Assembly: GCA_965235115.1 (NCBI GenBank)
Contig: OZ249451.1
Coordinates: 248,001 to 312,000, forward strand
DNA from: Laetmonice hystrix
Lineage: Eukaryota
Reading direction: 5' to 3'
Length of the DNA stretch: 64,000 nucleotides
Position numbers and translations under genes: made by a program. Shown here piece after piece: positions 11,395 through 24,989 of the stretch; positions within the stretch are counted from its first letter, which is position 1; every line of letters begins with the position of its first letter. Under the pieces are notes generated by a model. The model searched no databases. It saw only the letters and a list, made by a program, of their open reading frames with translations, and was not told the origin of the DNA.

Positions 11395-12410
11395 GAACAT
11401 TCGGCATCTGATAGACACTTTCATGGAAGAATAGGCGTTGTCATAGTAACGTCTCATGAAACATACCAGGCAGCGGTTGCGAAATCGAGTCCATTGTTTT
11501 GGATGATTTTTTGTTGGCGGTACGAAGGCGTTTATTAAGATCCATTTATCGTTGCGAAGGCTGGCGATGTAATACTGCCTGCCCGTGATGTGCCCCAAGT
11601 ATTATTCATCCCCGAGCCAAGGCCTGCTTATGGCGCTGCTATTTCACCGCTGATTTCTCCTAGGAGTTCGTCAGGACCCGTATGTGTGGCACCGAGCTGT
11701 GCAAATGCAATTGTTCATTAAATTAGTCAACATCATCTTCCCCGAACCCACACCATGTGTTTGCCCGTGCTCACCAAACCAACGTGACCCCGAAAGGTGT
11801 GCAGCCAACTTTTGTTTGAATTGAGTATTGTTTTCACGGCGTTTACTTCATAGGTAAAATATTCATGGCAACGCCAAGTGTTAGGGGTGGACACAGGCCT
11901 CTCTACCTTGTGATCGTTAATGGCTAGCGTTCATTAGTTCGGTCAACATGGCTAATCCCCAGGAGACCAGGTCCTGCTTACCCACGATGCACCACAAACA
12001 ACAGTAACGAAGGTACGCACATGTCGTCAGGCGGAGCGCCAGGCAGGCTGGCGGGGACCCGTTGTTATTTCCTCGCATTAATTTAGCTTAGGGATCATTC
12101 ATTGCCGTGGTGAACACAGACGGGGCCAGATGGGCAGCCTCAGACTGGCAGAGTGAGAGCGAGGGAGCCAGTTGACGAGAACGACTCGGTCCAATTCCCA
12201 GACCGGTTGTTCACTCACAACACGCCAGCCGACTGTCGTCCCAGACTGTGTCAGGTGCTCCTGCCGCTTCCAGTTGCCATGGCGATGAAGGTGGGATGGA
12301 GTAAGGGAAATAACGCAGGGACTTATAACAACAATGGCTTTAATAACACTAACATAGTCCACTCGGATACTGACCTTCAGGAGATCAGAACCAAACTCTG
12401 TGTTGGGGGT

Positions 12411-13266
12411 TGGGGTGAGCTCCATTAAATGATTGTCCTAGGTATGACAGGCAATGATGATGACTGGGGTGAGCTCCATTAAATGATTGTCCTAGGTATG
12501 ACAGGCAATGATGATGACTGGGGTGAGCTCCATTAAATGATTGTCCTAGGTATGACAGGCAATGATGATGACTGGGGTGAGCTCCATTAAATGATTGTCC
12601 TAGGTATGACAGGCAATGATGATGACTGGGGTGAGCTCCATTAAATGATTGTCCTAGGTATGACAGGCAATGATGATGACTGGGGTGAGCTCCATTAAAG
12701 GATTGTCCTAGGTATGACAGGCAATGATGATGACTGGGGTGAGCTCCATTAAAGGATTGTCCTAGGTATGACAGGCAATGATGATGACTGGGGTGAGCTC
12801 CATTAAATGATTGTCCTAGGTATGACAGGCAATGATGATGACTGGGGTGAGCTCCATTAAAGGATTGTCCTAGGTATGACAGGCAATGATGATGACTGGG
12901 GTGAGCTCCATTAAATGATTGTCCTAGGTATGACAGGCAATGATGATGACTGGGGTGAGCTCCATTAAATGATTGTCCTAGGTATGACAGGCAATGGTGA
13001 TGACTGGGGTGAGCTCCATTAAAGGATTGTCCTAGGTAAGACAGGCAATGATGATGACTGGGGTGAGCTCCATTAAAGGATTGTCCTAGGTAAGACAGGC
13101 AATGATGATGACTGGGGTGAGCTCCATTAAAGGATTGTCCTAGGTATGACAGGCAATGATGATGACTGGGGTGAGCTCCATTAAATGATTGTCCTAGGTA
13201 TGACAGGCAATGGTGATGACTGGGGTGAGCTCCATTAAAGGATTGTCCTAGGTATGACAGGCAATG
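12411..13266. repeat. 54-bp minisatellite, ~16 near-identical copies
   Basis: GGGGTGAGCTCCATTAAATGATTGTCCTAGGTATGACAGGCAATGATGATGACT. Confidence 0.98.
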
Positions 13267-14436
13267 TAGCTTGAGTTGACCCCCAAAACATATAAAAACA
13301 GGACACCCAGGCATAGTGAACGTCATCGGAGAGCAAGGTCATTTCTTGAATTTGGTGAAAGCTATCTGTGAAAACTTTAGTTTGAACACAAGAGTCAACA
13401 GTCCAGGTAACTGGGGAGTAAAAATGTCAGGAATATCGGAAATCATAACTCCTTTTGTCGTTTGACTTTTACTTGGTTATATTTAATATTCCACAAATGA
13501 TAAATGGGCAATAATGACTAGAAACCTTGGACACTTTTAAAGCCTTATTTATAGGTGTCAGGGAAGGACTGAATCTAATCATAAATTGTATGGAACAAAG
13601 GATTGTGTTAGAAACGAGAAGGAGAGAACTCGGCGAAAGCTGGCATAATAAGGATGATTAGACATTGTTAGTGTACTACATTCATCCTCATTAGTGTGCC
13701 GTGTGACAGCATGAAGGTGAACATCGACAGGTAATCACTTGAAGCGGGATAAAAACTTAGGTATCCCACCTGTATTGGACGATGATTGATCCTTGTTAGA
13801 TTAATCCTAATCATTGCTGAAACATTGTCGGTCCCCAAAACGTTTGACACGGGCACACACCGACAGGCCACACAACCGATCCAAATAACCCCGATTTACT
13901 CCTAGTCCCTCGTTTTTACCCCACGTAAATTTGGAGAAAATAGTGAATTGGGCAGCGCATTACATCGAGGCAATCTTACTGATTACCTTCTTCACTTCCC
14001 ATCCTAGAAAAGCGACTTCCGCCGCGTAGCGGCCGTTTTATGAGGCCTTTTCAACGTAATATCCTGGAATTGTCTGTCATGTTGGCGCAGAAAACAGGGC
14101 CTTGGCACACTCCGGGAACATCGATCAAATTTGTCACACGCCTAAATTAGTAGCTGTAGTCCTTCATCGCGTGGGTCCAATTTAATTGGTGTAATATGAT
14201 GCTCTACTCATCTCTCGGTTCGAGGTTAAAACGCAGGTACTCTGGCGTTTTAATATATATTTGTTCTTCCATCATTCTGACCCACAAATGGAGAAAACTA
14301 TTGTTAATTTTATTTTCTGAAGTTGGACTGGGGACACTGGTCCTGACTTTCTGGCACCGAATTTGTTGATGAACTGTGGTAGAATAAATGAATTCGATAC
14401 TGGTAATTTGCGGTGTATATAAGTTTGCAGAGACTT

Positions 14437-14852
14437 GAACTGTGGCAGAATAAGAACATGTCCTTAGATACTAGCATTTCTATTTGGTCTACCTTTCTGG
14501 CGATGAGAACTGTGGCAGAATAAGAACATGTCCTTAGATACTAGTATTTCTATTTGGTTTACCGTTCTGGCGATGAGAACTGCGGCAGAATAAGAACATG
14601 CCCTTAGATACTAGTATTTCTATTTGGTTTACCGTTCTGGAGATGAGAACTGTGGCAGAATAAGAACATGTCCTTAGATACTAGTATTTCTATTTGGTTT
14701 ACCGTTCTGGCGATGAGAACTGTGGCAGAATAAGAACATGCCCTTAGATACTAGTATTTCTATTTGGTTTACCGTTCTGGCGATGAGAACTGTGGCAGAA
14801 TAAGAACATGTCCTTAGATACTAGTATTTCTATTTGGTTTACCGTTCTGGAG
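14437..14852. repeat. 70-bp minisatellite, ~6 copies
   Basis: GAACTGTGGCAGAATAAGAACATGTCCTTAGATACTAGTATTTCTATTTGGTTTACCGTTCTGGCGATGA. Confidence 0.97.
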
Positions 14853-16047
14853 ATGAGAACTGAGTGAGAGTATGTCATTAAGGTGACGTGTATCTTCGCT
14901 CCAGGATTGACCTAGTTTTGGTATCTGTAATGTAAGCGCTGGATGACAGGACTGATTTGGAGTTAATGTAACTATGGAAACGAAGTGGGTGACATGAAGT
15001 TATGATATTGATTGATAGTTACTTGGTTATTGGTGGGGATTATGTGAGATGAATACCTCTTGCCCACGCCAGGTGTTTTATTAGAGAACTTCAAGCCTCC
15101 GCGGACCACTGCAGATTATGTCGTGGTGGTGACTAATGGACTGACATGCAGCGCCCCCTATCTGGAGTTTTGTTTACCACAAGTTGTGGACTTTGTTATT
15201 GATACCTTAATTGTCCTGCATTTGTCTCAATTATGTTAAGTCAGTTGTGAGTCAGCTGAGGTGGTTTTGTCGCCAGTGATTGGCGCGGTGTCTGGGCTGG
15301 CCACCTGGCGGTCGGCGTGGGATACCTGGCAGACAGCTTGCGGGGACAGCCTCCACAGACCCATGTTTGCCCAGTGTTATGGATTGCGATAATAAAGAGC
15401 TATGATGACACTTACTGTACTAATACCCGGCAAACTGTACGCAGATTAGTTACCCAGCCCTGATCCCTACCTACAGCCAGCCACACCAAGCCTTGCAGGT
15501 CCTGTGGCAGGGAGGGGGCCACAAACTGAGTGACCATCAGAAACCAACTGGTGACAAATAGGCGCCGATTGATCGGAAATGTGCGGCGTGGTGGCGGGCG
15601 GCAGGAGGCAGGGCGTGATTTATGATAACAACATTTTGTGATGTCGAGAGGCACTCGGCGGTTGGAGGAGTGGCCACTCGAAGGGTGAGGCAACGGCAGC
15701 TGATCCACCTGAGTACCACCTGACAATGGAGTGGTGGTAGAGACCAGTGTCCACACAGCCCGATTACCTGGGCCTTGGCCCGCCGCCGGCCCGTCGCTGG
15801 CCCGCTGCTGGCACAGGTAGACCCCCCTCATCAATCCTCCTCGACTTCAACACACTCGTTGGCCTCCACACTCCACGCTGATTTAGCGCGGCTTTGTGCA
15901 TAATCTAATATTGTCTGACACGGATATTGGATATTAGCTGCAGCAATTTGAGATGGACGTACACGTAACTCTCTCTGACCTCAGGACTTACACTGTCCTG
16001 ACCTCTCGGGACGTACACCAAACTGGTCCTTCCGGACGTTCTTAGAA

Positions 16048-16610
16048 CTAGAGAGAGAGTTCTACCCTTTCAGAGAGAGAGTCCTACCCTTTCAATTTCA
16101 GAGCTAGTTCAGTTCGACCCTTTCAATACATCTGCACGTACACAGAGCTAGTTCAGTTCTACCCTTTCAATACATCTGTACGTACACAGAGCTAGTTCAG
16201 TTCTACCCTTTCAATACATCTGTACGTACACAGAGCTAGTTTAGTTCGACCCTTTCAATACATCTGCACGTACACAGAGCTAGTTTAGTTCGACCCTTTC
16301 AATACATCTGTACGTACACAGAGCTAGTTCAGTTCTACCCTTTCAATACATCTGTACGTACAGTCGTACACAGAGCTCGTTTAGTTCGACCCTTTCAATA
16401 CATCTGTACATACACAGAGCTAGTTTAGTTCGACCCTTTCAATACATCTGCACGTACACAGAGCTAGTTTAGTTCTACCCTTTCAATACATCTGTACGTA
16501 CACAGAGCTAGTTTAGTTCTACCCTTTCAATACATCTGTACGTACACAGAACTAGTTTAGTTCGACCCTTTCAATACATCTGCACAGAGCTAGTTCAGTT
16601 CTACCCGTTC
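16048..16610. repeat. 44-bp minisatellite, ~11 copies plus degenerate 5' edge
   Basis: CAGAGCTAGTTCAGTTCTACCCTTTCAATACATCTGTACGTACA. Confidence 0.96.
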
Positions 16611-16742
16611 AGGACATAGACACAGAGTCAAATCCACCAATATGTTAGTAGTAGCTAGAGTTGAGGGTACCTGTTCACAAACCGCCTCGAAACCCTTACT
16701 TGTAAAACTTGTAAAACTTGATAATGCTGCGGTTGCTCTCAT

Positions 16743-16835
16743 CAAAACGACCCCACCACACTGAGTGTTGGGTGTGAGGTGAAAGGTCAACAAAACGACC
16801 CCACCACACTGAGTGTTGGGTGTGAGGTGAAAGGT
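16743..16835. repeat. 48-bp two-copy tandem duplication
   Basis: CAAAACGACCCCACCACACTGAGTGTTGGGTGTGAGGTGAAAGGT at 16743 and 16791. Confidence 0.9.
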
Positions 16836-16956
16836 TGAATACTTTCCACTGAGAGTATTTGAGTGTAAGTGTAGAAAACCTACGGTGGACGTTGACAGAT
16901 TTGATCGGTGGTGGGTGAGGACCATAGAATGATCGGACCTCCTGCTACATTTCTGT

Positions 16957-17898
16957 CCTGGCGACCGGTCGTCGTGAGAGGTCCAGGGTTAGGGTTAGAC
17001 CCTCCGTCCCGGCGACCGGTCGTCGTGAGAGGTCCAGGGTTAGGGTTAGACCCTCCGTCCTGGCGACCGGTCGTCGTGAGAGGTCTAGGGTTAGGGTTAG
17101 ACCCTCCGTTCTGGCGACCGGTCGTCGTGAGAGGTCTAGGGTTAGGGTTAGACCCTCCGTCCTGGCGACCGGTCGTCGTGAGAGGTCCAGGGTTAGGGTT
17201 AGACCCTCCGTCCGGCGACCGGTCGTCGTGAGAGGTCCAGGGTTAGGGTTAGACCCTCCGTCCTGGCGACCGGTCGTCGTGAGAGGTCTAGGGTTAGGGT
17301 TAGACCCTCCGTTCTGGCGACCGGTCGTCGTGAGAGGTCTAGGGTTAGGGTTAGACCCTCCGTCCTGGCGACCGGTCGTCGTGAGAGGTCCAGGGTTAGG
17401 GTTAGACAATCCGTCCTGGCGACCGGTCGTCGTGAGAGGTCCAGGGTTAGGGTTAGACCCTCCGTCCTGGCGACCGGTCGTCGTGAGAGGTCTAGGGTTA
17501 GGGTTAGACAATCCGTCCTGGCGACCGGTCGTCGTGAGAGGTCCAGGGTTAGGGTTAGACCCTCCGTCCTGGCGACCGGTCGTCGTGAGAGGTCCAGGGT
17601 TAGGGTTAGACCCTCCGTCCTGGCGACCGGTCGTCGTGAGAGGTCTAGGGTTAGGGTTAGACAATCCGTCCCGGCGACCGGTCGTCGTGAGAGGTCCAGG
17701 GTTAGGGTTAGACAATCCGTTCTGGCGACCTCGTCGTGAGAGGTCCAGGGTTAGGGTTAGACCCTCCGTCCTGGCGACCGGTCGTCGTGAGAGGTCCAGG
17801 GTTAGGGTTAGACCCTCCGTCCCGGCGACCGGTCGTCGTGAGAGGTCCAGGGTTAGGGTTAGACCCTCCGTCCCGGTGACCGGTCGTCGTGAGAGGTC
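16957..17898. repeat. 51-bp minisatellite carrying (GGGTTA)2 telomere-type hexamers, ~18 copies
   Basis: GGCGACCGGTCGTCGTGAGAGGTCCAGGGTTAGGGTTAGACCCTCCGTCCT. Confidence 0.97.
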
Positions 17899-18732
17899 TG
17901 GGACCGTGGAAATTAGTGATAACTGTTCAAACAGAAGCGGGGCAGGGATGTTTCACCTGAATGGGCCGATGACTCAGCATTATTTAGACTGACCTTCAGG
18001 GGTCAGAGCCGGGCTGAGTTGAGATAGGAGAGGGACGAGTAATTGTGTTAGCGCACCGAACGAGACTGTTTGCCAGCTGGATTTAAATATGAATGGTTGT
18101 CAGAGAGGTGGAGGTCTGTAATGAGATTAAGTCGGTCTGGGGCTGGCCGTAAGTGAGGGATAACCCGCCAGGTGCGGGGGTCCGGGGGTCCGGGGGGCGG
18201 ATTATCGTGGCTGGGGGGGGGGGGTAACCCATTGAGGTATGGAGAGAAAGGTGTTTACAAAGATCGGACCTGGCGGTAGATATCTACAGATTGTCATTGG
18301 TTAGCGATTACAGAGGTTTAGCGATGTATCATAATGTAGAATATCGTGACCAGGCGAATGTAACGGAAAGTTTACGGCGCAACGTGAGAAGAGTTTGAGA
18401 ACAGTTGTGGAAAGTTTGCTGAGAATCCCCGAGAATGAGTTTGGGTAATTCTAGGACCCCGTGCCTGTACCCCAGTTGGGAGGGTGACAGGACGGTGGGG
18501 GACTGCTCCCCTAGCACGCTATAACCAGACCCTCGCCCACCGCCTCGCCCGGCTCCTGTTTGGCGGGCTCCTCGAGTAGAACAAGCATCTATCAGTGGAC
18601 CCAAACGGCGCCGAGTACCTGCGGCCGAGGCTGATTATTACAAATATTGGCGCTCTTCACGGTGTAATTACGGCCTATTGATTTGTACTTCACGCCGCGC
18701 TATCCGACGACCGACCGGGAGCTCACCAACCG

Positions 18733-19845
18733 CGGCCGGGAGGTACAGCACGGCCGGGGACTGGACAGTGGTCGGGAGGGACGGCACGGCCGGGGACGAC
18801 CTGGGCAGTGGTCGGGAGGTACGGCACGGCCGGGGACTGGGCAGTGGCCGGGAGGTACGGCACGGCCGGGGACGACCTGGGCAGTGGTCGGGAGGGACGG
18901 CACGACGACCTGGGCAGTGGTCGGGAGGGACGGCACGGCCGGGGACGACCTGGGCAGTGGTCGGGAGGGACGGACCGGCCGGGGACGACCTGGGCAGTGG
19001 TCGGGAGGGACGGCACGGCCGGGGACTGGGCAGTGGTCGGGAGGGACGGACCGGGGACTGGGCAGTGGTCGGGAGGGACGGCACGGCCGGGGACGACCTG
19101 GGCAGTGGTCGGGAGGGACGGCACGGCCGGGGACGACCTGGGCAGTGGTCGGGAGGGACGGGACGGCCGGGGACGACCTGGGCAGTGGTCGGGAGGTACC
19201 GCACGGCCGGGGACGACCTGGGCAGTGGTCGGGAGGGACGGGACGGCCGGGGACGACCTGGCCAGTGGTCTGGAGGGACGGCACGGCCGGGGACGACCTG
19301 GGCAGTGGTCGGGAGGGACGGACCGGCCGGGGACGACCTGGGCAGTGGTCGGGAGGTACGGCACGGCCGGGGACGACCTGGGCAGTGGCCGGGAGGTACG
19401 GCACGGCCGGGGACGACCTGGGCAGTGGTCGGGAGGTACGGCATGGCCAGGGACGACCTGGGCAGTGGTCGGGAGGGACGGACCGGGGACTGGGCAGTGG
19501 TCGGGAGGGACGGCACGGCCGGGGACGACCTGGGCAGTGGTCGGGAGGGACGGCACGGCCGGGGACGACCTGGGCAGTGGTCGGGAGGGACGGGACGGCC
19601 GGGGACGACCTGGGCAGTGGTCGGGAGGTACCGCACGGCCGGGGACTGGGCAGTGGTCGGGAGGGACGGACCGGGGACTGGGCAGTGGTCGGGAGACACA
19701 GACCGGGGACGACCTGGGACCGGGGACGACCTGGGCAGTGGCCGGGAGGCAGGGACCGAGGACGACCTGGGACCGGGGACGACCTGGGAAGTGGCCGGGA
19801 GGCAGGGACCGAGGGCGACCTGGGACCGAGGACGACCTGGGCATG
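18733..19845. repeat. GC-rich ~40-bp minisatellite with deletion variants, ~28 units
   Basis: GGCACGGCCGGGGACGACCTGGGCAGTGGTCGGGAGGGAC; gives six-frame artefact ORFs. Confidence 0.97.
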
Positions 19846-21597
19846 GACAGTCGCATCCTAATGACCGATCACCAGGACTGAGAGCGAACGACACGCAGCT
19901 AGAAAAAGAAAGTCACCCCGTGCACATGAGTGTAACAAACACGTTTTACCCTCAAACATGGCACAAAGAGAAAACGTGTCAAAAGTCAACGGAGCAATTG
20001 CGGCATAATGGCTTGTTAATGGAGCCTCTGGCTTACTTGTGTTTGAATTGACTGACATTAAAAGACCGTCCATTACTCAAACTTGGGTTAAATTGAGTCA
20101 ACCATTTTCATTTCTTATCAAGCTGAGTCTGGTTGAAATGAAGTGTTGTTACCGAGTCCCACCAGACGGTCACGGCATGTAGTAACGTCCAGTTCTCCTT
20201 CTCTTCATCTTCTTCTCGTCTTTCATTGTCTCCCAGTAGATTTATTTCCTGCATGTGTAAGACATTCAGGGATCTAGAACCACTAGAGAAAAAGATTCAA
20301 TCCAATAAGTTTGTAATATTCTGTTATTCTGACACCAGGACAGGGTCGAGTTGTCAGAGATCGCTGCCATAGTTTGGCGCCTTAATTGGTACAAAAATGT
20401 CAAATTACTAAATGTATTTTTTATCACACATTTATATGAAATAATGTCAAATTGTTGAGGACATTTTTTTCCAAATGTTGCCAGGGTTGGAGGGACATTA
20501 TTTACCTGAAATAATAATTTGTGACCCTCAGTCGTGGAGCGGCGCCAGCTGTTGGTCGGGAGTAGGATAGTAAAACTCTCCGTCTGTCCGAGCAGGGAGC
20601 AGCGCTCCATACCACTGGGGCAGCGCTCCATACCCCCGGGGAATTCACTCAGGAGCTCCTTAAATAACGAACTCTTGCATCAACCCAGACTGGCGGAAAA
20701 TGCTCATTCTAAGATGAACATATAATCAAGCATAAGAATAAAATACACGCGGCCATATTATTCTTAGACACCTCGGAGTTCGTTTGTAAACGCCCTAAAC
20801 CAAATTGTTCATGTGGTTTGCGTAATTTATCGTTTCATGTGAGCCTGCGAAAGAACAGTATTAAAAATTGGAAAAAGCTTGTCAAACCTAACTATAGCCT
20901 TACTGTCCCCAGTCACTCACTATATTTATATCATGGATAGATTTATGATTTATATAATCATACTAAATGGCATCAGAATAGAGTGATCCACAGTTATGCT
21001 CAGAAATAGAGCAGTTGCAGAAAATTAATAAATTACATTAATCTTTACCGGTGGTTTTGTCCCTGGGCGCCTTAAGGCAGAAAGCAAACTCCGAGTTACA
21101 AATTGGATTATCACAAGGTAATTCAGTTACGGTGGCATGTGAAAAAGCATCCTACCTCAACAGAACACTGGTTGTAATCACATGTTTGAAGAGAGAGAAA
21201 GCTGGTTTGTTTCCACAAACTTGACATTTCTCTAAAACCCCAGGTGTTGAAGAACCAGGGAAGGTGTGCACAGTCAGACTGGCTTGAGCTACCCCAGGGG
21301 ATTCTCCCGAGAAAATTATCCGTGTCTACTTGTAGTGGAACTGGGAATGCCACACATGAAGTAATAAAGAGAATCCATGCGTTTCTTCACCCGGGATCAA
21401 GTAGAGAAAACCTGACAACAATATCTCCAGTCGGTATCATTATATAAAACATTAAATGACCGGACAGCCGGGCTCTGTCACGACCAGAAGTAAACAAGTC
21501 TCTCATCTCTGGTAAAACGATCAAGATCTCACCGGATAAAAATAATTACAGAAATCAGGAGAGCAAATTTACCGGCTGCATGGCCTCAACCAGGAAA

Positions 21598-22212
21598 ATC
21601 GGAGGTTTCTTCTTGGAGGGTCGGAGGTTTCTTCTTGGAGGGTCGGAGGTTTCTTCTTGGAGGGTCGGAGGTTTCCTCTTGGAGGGTCGCAGGTTTCTTC
21701 TTGGAGGGTCGGAGGTTTCCTCTTGGAGGGTCGGAGGTTTCTTCTTGGAGGGTCGGAGGTTTCCTCTTGGAGGGTCGGAGGTTTCTTCTTGGAGGGTCGG
21801 AGGTTTCTTCTTGGAGGGTCGGAGGTTTCTTCTTGGAGGGTCGGAGGTTTCTTCTTGGAGGGTCGGAGGTTTCTTCTTGGAGGGTCGGAGGTTTCTTCTT
21901 GGAGGGTCGGAGGTTTCTTCTTGGAGGGTCGGAGGTTTCTTCTTGGAGGGTCGGAGGTTTCTTCTTGGAGGGTCGGAGGTTTCTTCTTGGAGGGTCGGAG
22001 GTTTCTTCTTGGAGGGTCGGAGGTTTCTTCTTGGAGGGTCGGAGGTTTCTTCTTGGAGGGTCGGAGGTTTCTTCTTGGAGGGTCGGAGGTTTCTTCTTGG
22101 AGGGTCGGAGGTTTCTTCTTGGAGGGTCGGAGGTTTCTGCTTGGAGGGTCGGAGGTTTCTGCTTGGAGGGTCGGATCCTTCTTGACGGCCGGATTCTTCT
22201 TGGAGGGTCGGA
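21598..22212. repeat. 22-bp minisatellite, ~27 copies
   Basis: GGAGGGTCGGAGGTTTCTTCTT. Confidence 0.98.
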
Positions 22213-22294
22213 TGAAGTTTTAGGTGCCGTTGACTGCTGTTTCATTCAGATTTCCAAACCTAGTAATTGTCTCCAAAGTATGTTGTGAAATGAA

Positions 22295-22342
22295 ATGGTC
22301 AAAGTTGACATTATAGCAACTCTGTTGTTCTTGTCTTTGCAG
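22295..22342 (+). CDS. Candidate first coding exon with hydrophobic, signal-peptide-like content (MVKVDIIATLLFLSLQ)
   Basis: AAA-ATG-G context and CAG|GTATGT donor. The same stretch could instead be a polypyrimidine tract, and out-of-frame upstream ATGs are present. Confidence 0.25.
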
Positions 22343-23453
22343 GTATGTACATCTTTAATATCTGATGAGATTTAGTTAGACCGCCAGGCTAAACGATAGA
22401 ACCTCTCCCTGCGGTCAAGATAGGACAATAAATCGGTCATCACTGGTAAGTAAAGTTAGGCTTTCAGTACCTGTTTCCATCTTTTGTAAATTACAATATC
22501 TTCAAGGGTAATTATTGGTTGATTATCTGTATTTGTTTGGGTAATGATCAGGAGATAATGAGGTTTGTAACTTGTAAGAAATGTCCCTAAAATGTGTATA
22601 ATCTGGTTATTTCGATGTCTGCTATGATTCCGTTTGTTCCGAAACACTGTTAACCTCCTTGCCATAAGTTGGGAGGTCTCCAGTTTTGTACTGTTTAGAA
22701 AGGAGGCAATGGGGCCAGATGGGAGGAACATCGCTTCATGTGTATAAATTACAGAAGTCCTCATAGAAATCTAGGCAATCTAGAAATCTAGAAAATATCT
22801 CGTCATCTTGTTCTTTTCCAAGCGCACTCAAAGACAGAAAAAAAGAAAAATCACTTGAAGAGTAATGCCAAGATGTAACAGAAAAAAACAGTCCTTTAAA
22901 TACCTTGTAGTCTAGATTACTAGGTATGCCACAGAAAGAATTGTCGACATGAAAGTATGGAAAATTGTTTGACAATCAAGCATTCAGCCCCGTAACCACC
23001 CAGGTGAAAATGCATAATTGCTCGAATTCGTAACAAAAAAGAAGCCAGGGAGACCGGGCTGAAGAGGTCTAATTCCGTGACGCTTTGAATGAGAGCTACA
23101 AAGGGAGTGGATCTTCTAATTTCTGTCGTTGATGAAAAGGTGCGCGTTATTAGAGACTGCGCTCAGCAAGGTGCAGTACGTTCGGAGCGGGCGCTCACTG
23201 TCGTAGTTGTCGATAACAAGAACGGCGTGGTTGTGCATCGCTTTTGACAACACCGTTTTGTCTCCATTTATGAGTACAAAGGGCTGAGCGCAAGGGACGC
23301 CACCACTGGGAGTGTGCCCCCCACCCCCACCCTCCCCTAGCCTGGATCCCAACCCCCACCCCCGCCCACCACAGGCCCGGCCAGCAGCAGCAGTAGCAGG
23401 CAGCAGATGGCAGTCGTATCGCACGGTAACATCTGTCATAGTTCAGGATCACC

Positions 23454-23690
23454 AATAATCGGGAGGATATCGGGAACACTTCTCCCCAATAATCGGGAGG
23501 ATATCGGGAACACCTCTCCCCAATAATCGGGATGATATCGGGAACACCTCTCCCCAATAATCGGGAGGATATCGGAAACACCTCTCCCCAATAATCGGAG
23601 GATATCGGGAACACCTCTCCCCAATAATCGGGAGGATATCGGGAACACCTCTCCCCAATAATCGGGAGGATATCGGGAACACCTCTCCCC
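23454..23690. repeat. 34-bp minisatellite, ~7 copies
   Basis: AATAATCGGGAGGATATCGGGAACACCTCTCCCC. Confidence 0.96.
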
Positions 23691-23974
23691 GAATACACGG
23701 ACTTATCGATACGTAAAGATTGAACAACGTGCTCGCTGGGAGGGAAAGGGGAATGAAGGAATTCTATCCGAATTCTAGTAGTGACGAAAATAAACTGTAA
23801 CTTAGTGACGAGAGGGTTCGAGTAGCTATTGCGCCTTGTAACATTGACCTCAGGGTATGCTGAGCCACTTCCGACCTGGTGTTTATAGCAAAGGTCCAGT
23901 AACTGTTACACTATCACTAACAAGTAACAATAAGTTACTGTTGTACTAACACAGTTACTGTTACTTACCAGTGG

Positions 23975-24065
23975 GCATGGATGTCGACACCTTATGCTAT
24001 GCGAATGGGTGCAGTAATCTTAGGGCCTGGGTTCGATTCCTGTAGAGGACTATACAACTTTTCTC
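23975..24065 (+). mobile_element. Possible tRNA-derived SINE head remnant
   Basis: B-box GGTTCGATTCC near 24027; A-box not convincing. Confidence 0.25.
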
Positions 24066-24989
24066 TTTAGGGATATTGTCAAAGTAATTGGGTTACCCCT
24101 GATGCCCGTGCATTTCAAAAGAAAAATACTGTCTGTAGCAGTAACTGTTAGAGTGGGACCTCAATCAGGCAATGTTTATAACCAGATAGTTGATTGGTTT
24201 AAACGGCACTGACAGTATAATGATGAACTCTCGGTAATTAATGTATGCCGGGTCACCCATCCGATACAAGGAGATGAGTGTTTATATGATCCAGGAAAAC
24301 CTGACCAACGCCTGGAGTAGTTTCTATCACAGACACGTGAGGATACGAGGCGATAAACTCGGTATAACGTCAGAAGAAGGTCAGATTTGTCAACGTGGAT
24401 TTATCAAATCGGAGGAAATCGTACAATTTGTCTTAGCTTTGTGGGAGCGGGATGGCTGTGCTGGGAGCAGGTCGGTCAATAAAGACCTTTTTGCTGAGTG
24501 TATGACCTAGGGTGGGCATGGCGGCCGAGAGACCGAGTCATGTATGCCCGACAAACACAGCACGCGCCTTCCAGCATCGATTCTCGCTCAGATTTTCCCA
24601 CCCAAATCAAAGCAAGGTAGGAACGGACGTTAGCGGGGCCGGGGCCAAGGAGGAACACTTGGGTGTGATCAGAAATAAGGAAATATTAGGTGACGGAGAG
24701 TGAGCGTTGGTGGAGGGGTGGGGTTGTTAGTGGGGGTGAGGGTCCCCCAATACAACATTCTAACCACACCTAGGCCAAGGTGTAAAGTGTCTTTGTTTGG
24801 ACTGGGCCCGCACGTGGGGCCCTGATTTCACCTCTCTCTCATTGTACCCTCCTTACTCGGCGCCCGGATATTGGACCGTGTTCGCAGCCAGGTAAATATT
24901 GACCCAGAATGCTCCCTTTCAGGATCCGACTGAGGATTTCACATTGACGTCCAGTTGAGGTTTATTAATGGAGGAGCTCAGGTGGGAAA

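Noticed and set aside
21586-22245. ATG-initiated 219-aa basic repeat ORF (PSKKKPPTLQEETSDPPRRNLR)n on the minus strand
   Set aside because: The unit is 22 bp, not a multiple of 3, so the peptide simply cycles through frames. Several frames are open.
23190-23230. VLVIDNYDS resembling the TrpG/PabA glutamine amidotransferase N-terminal motif
   Set aside because: The downstream residues do not continue the family pattern (FTYNL), and no Cys-His-Glu triad region follows.
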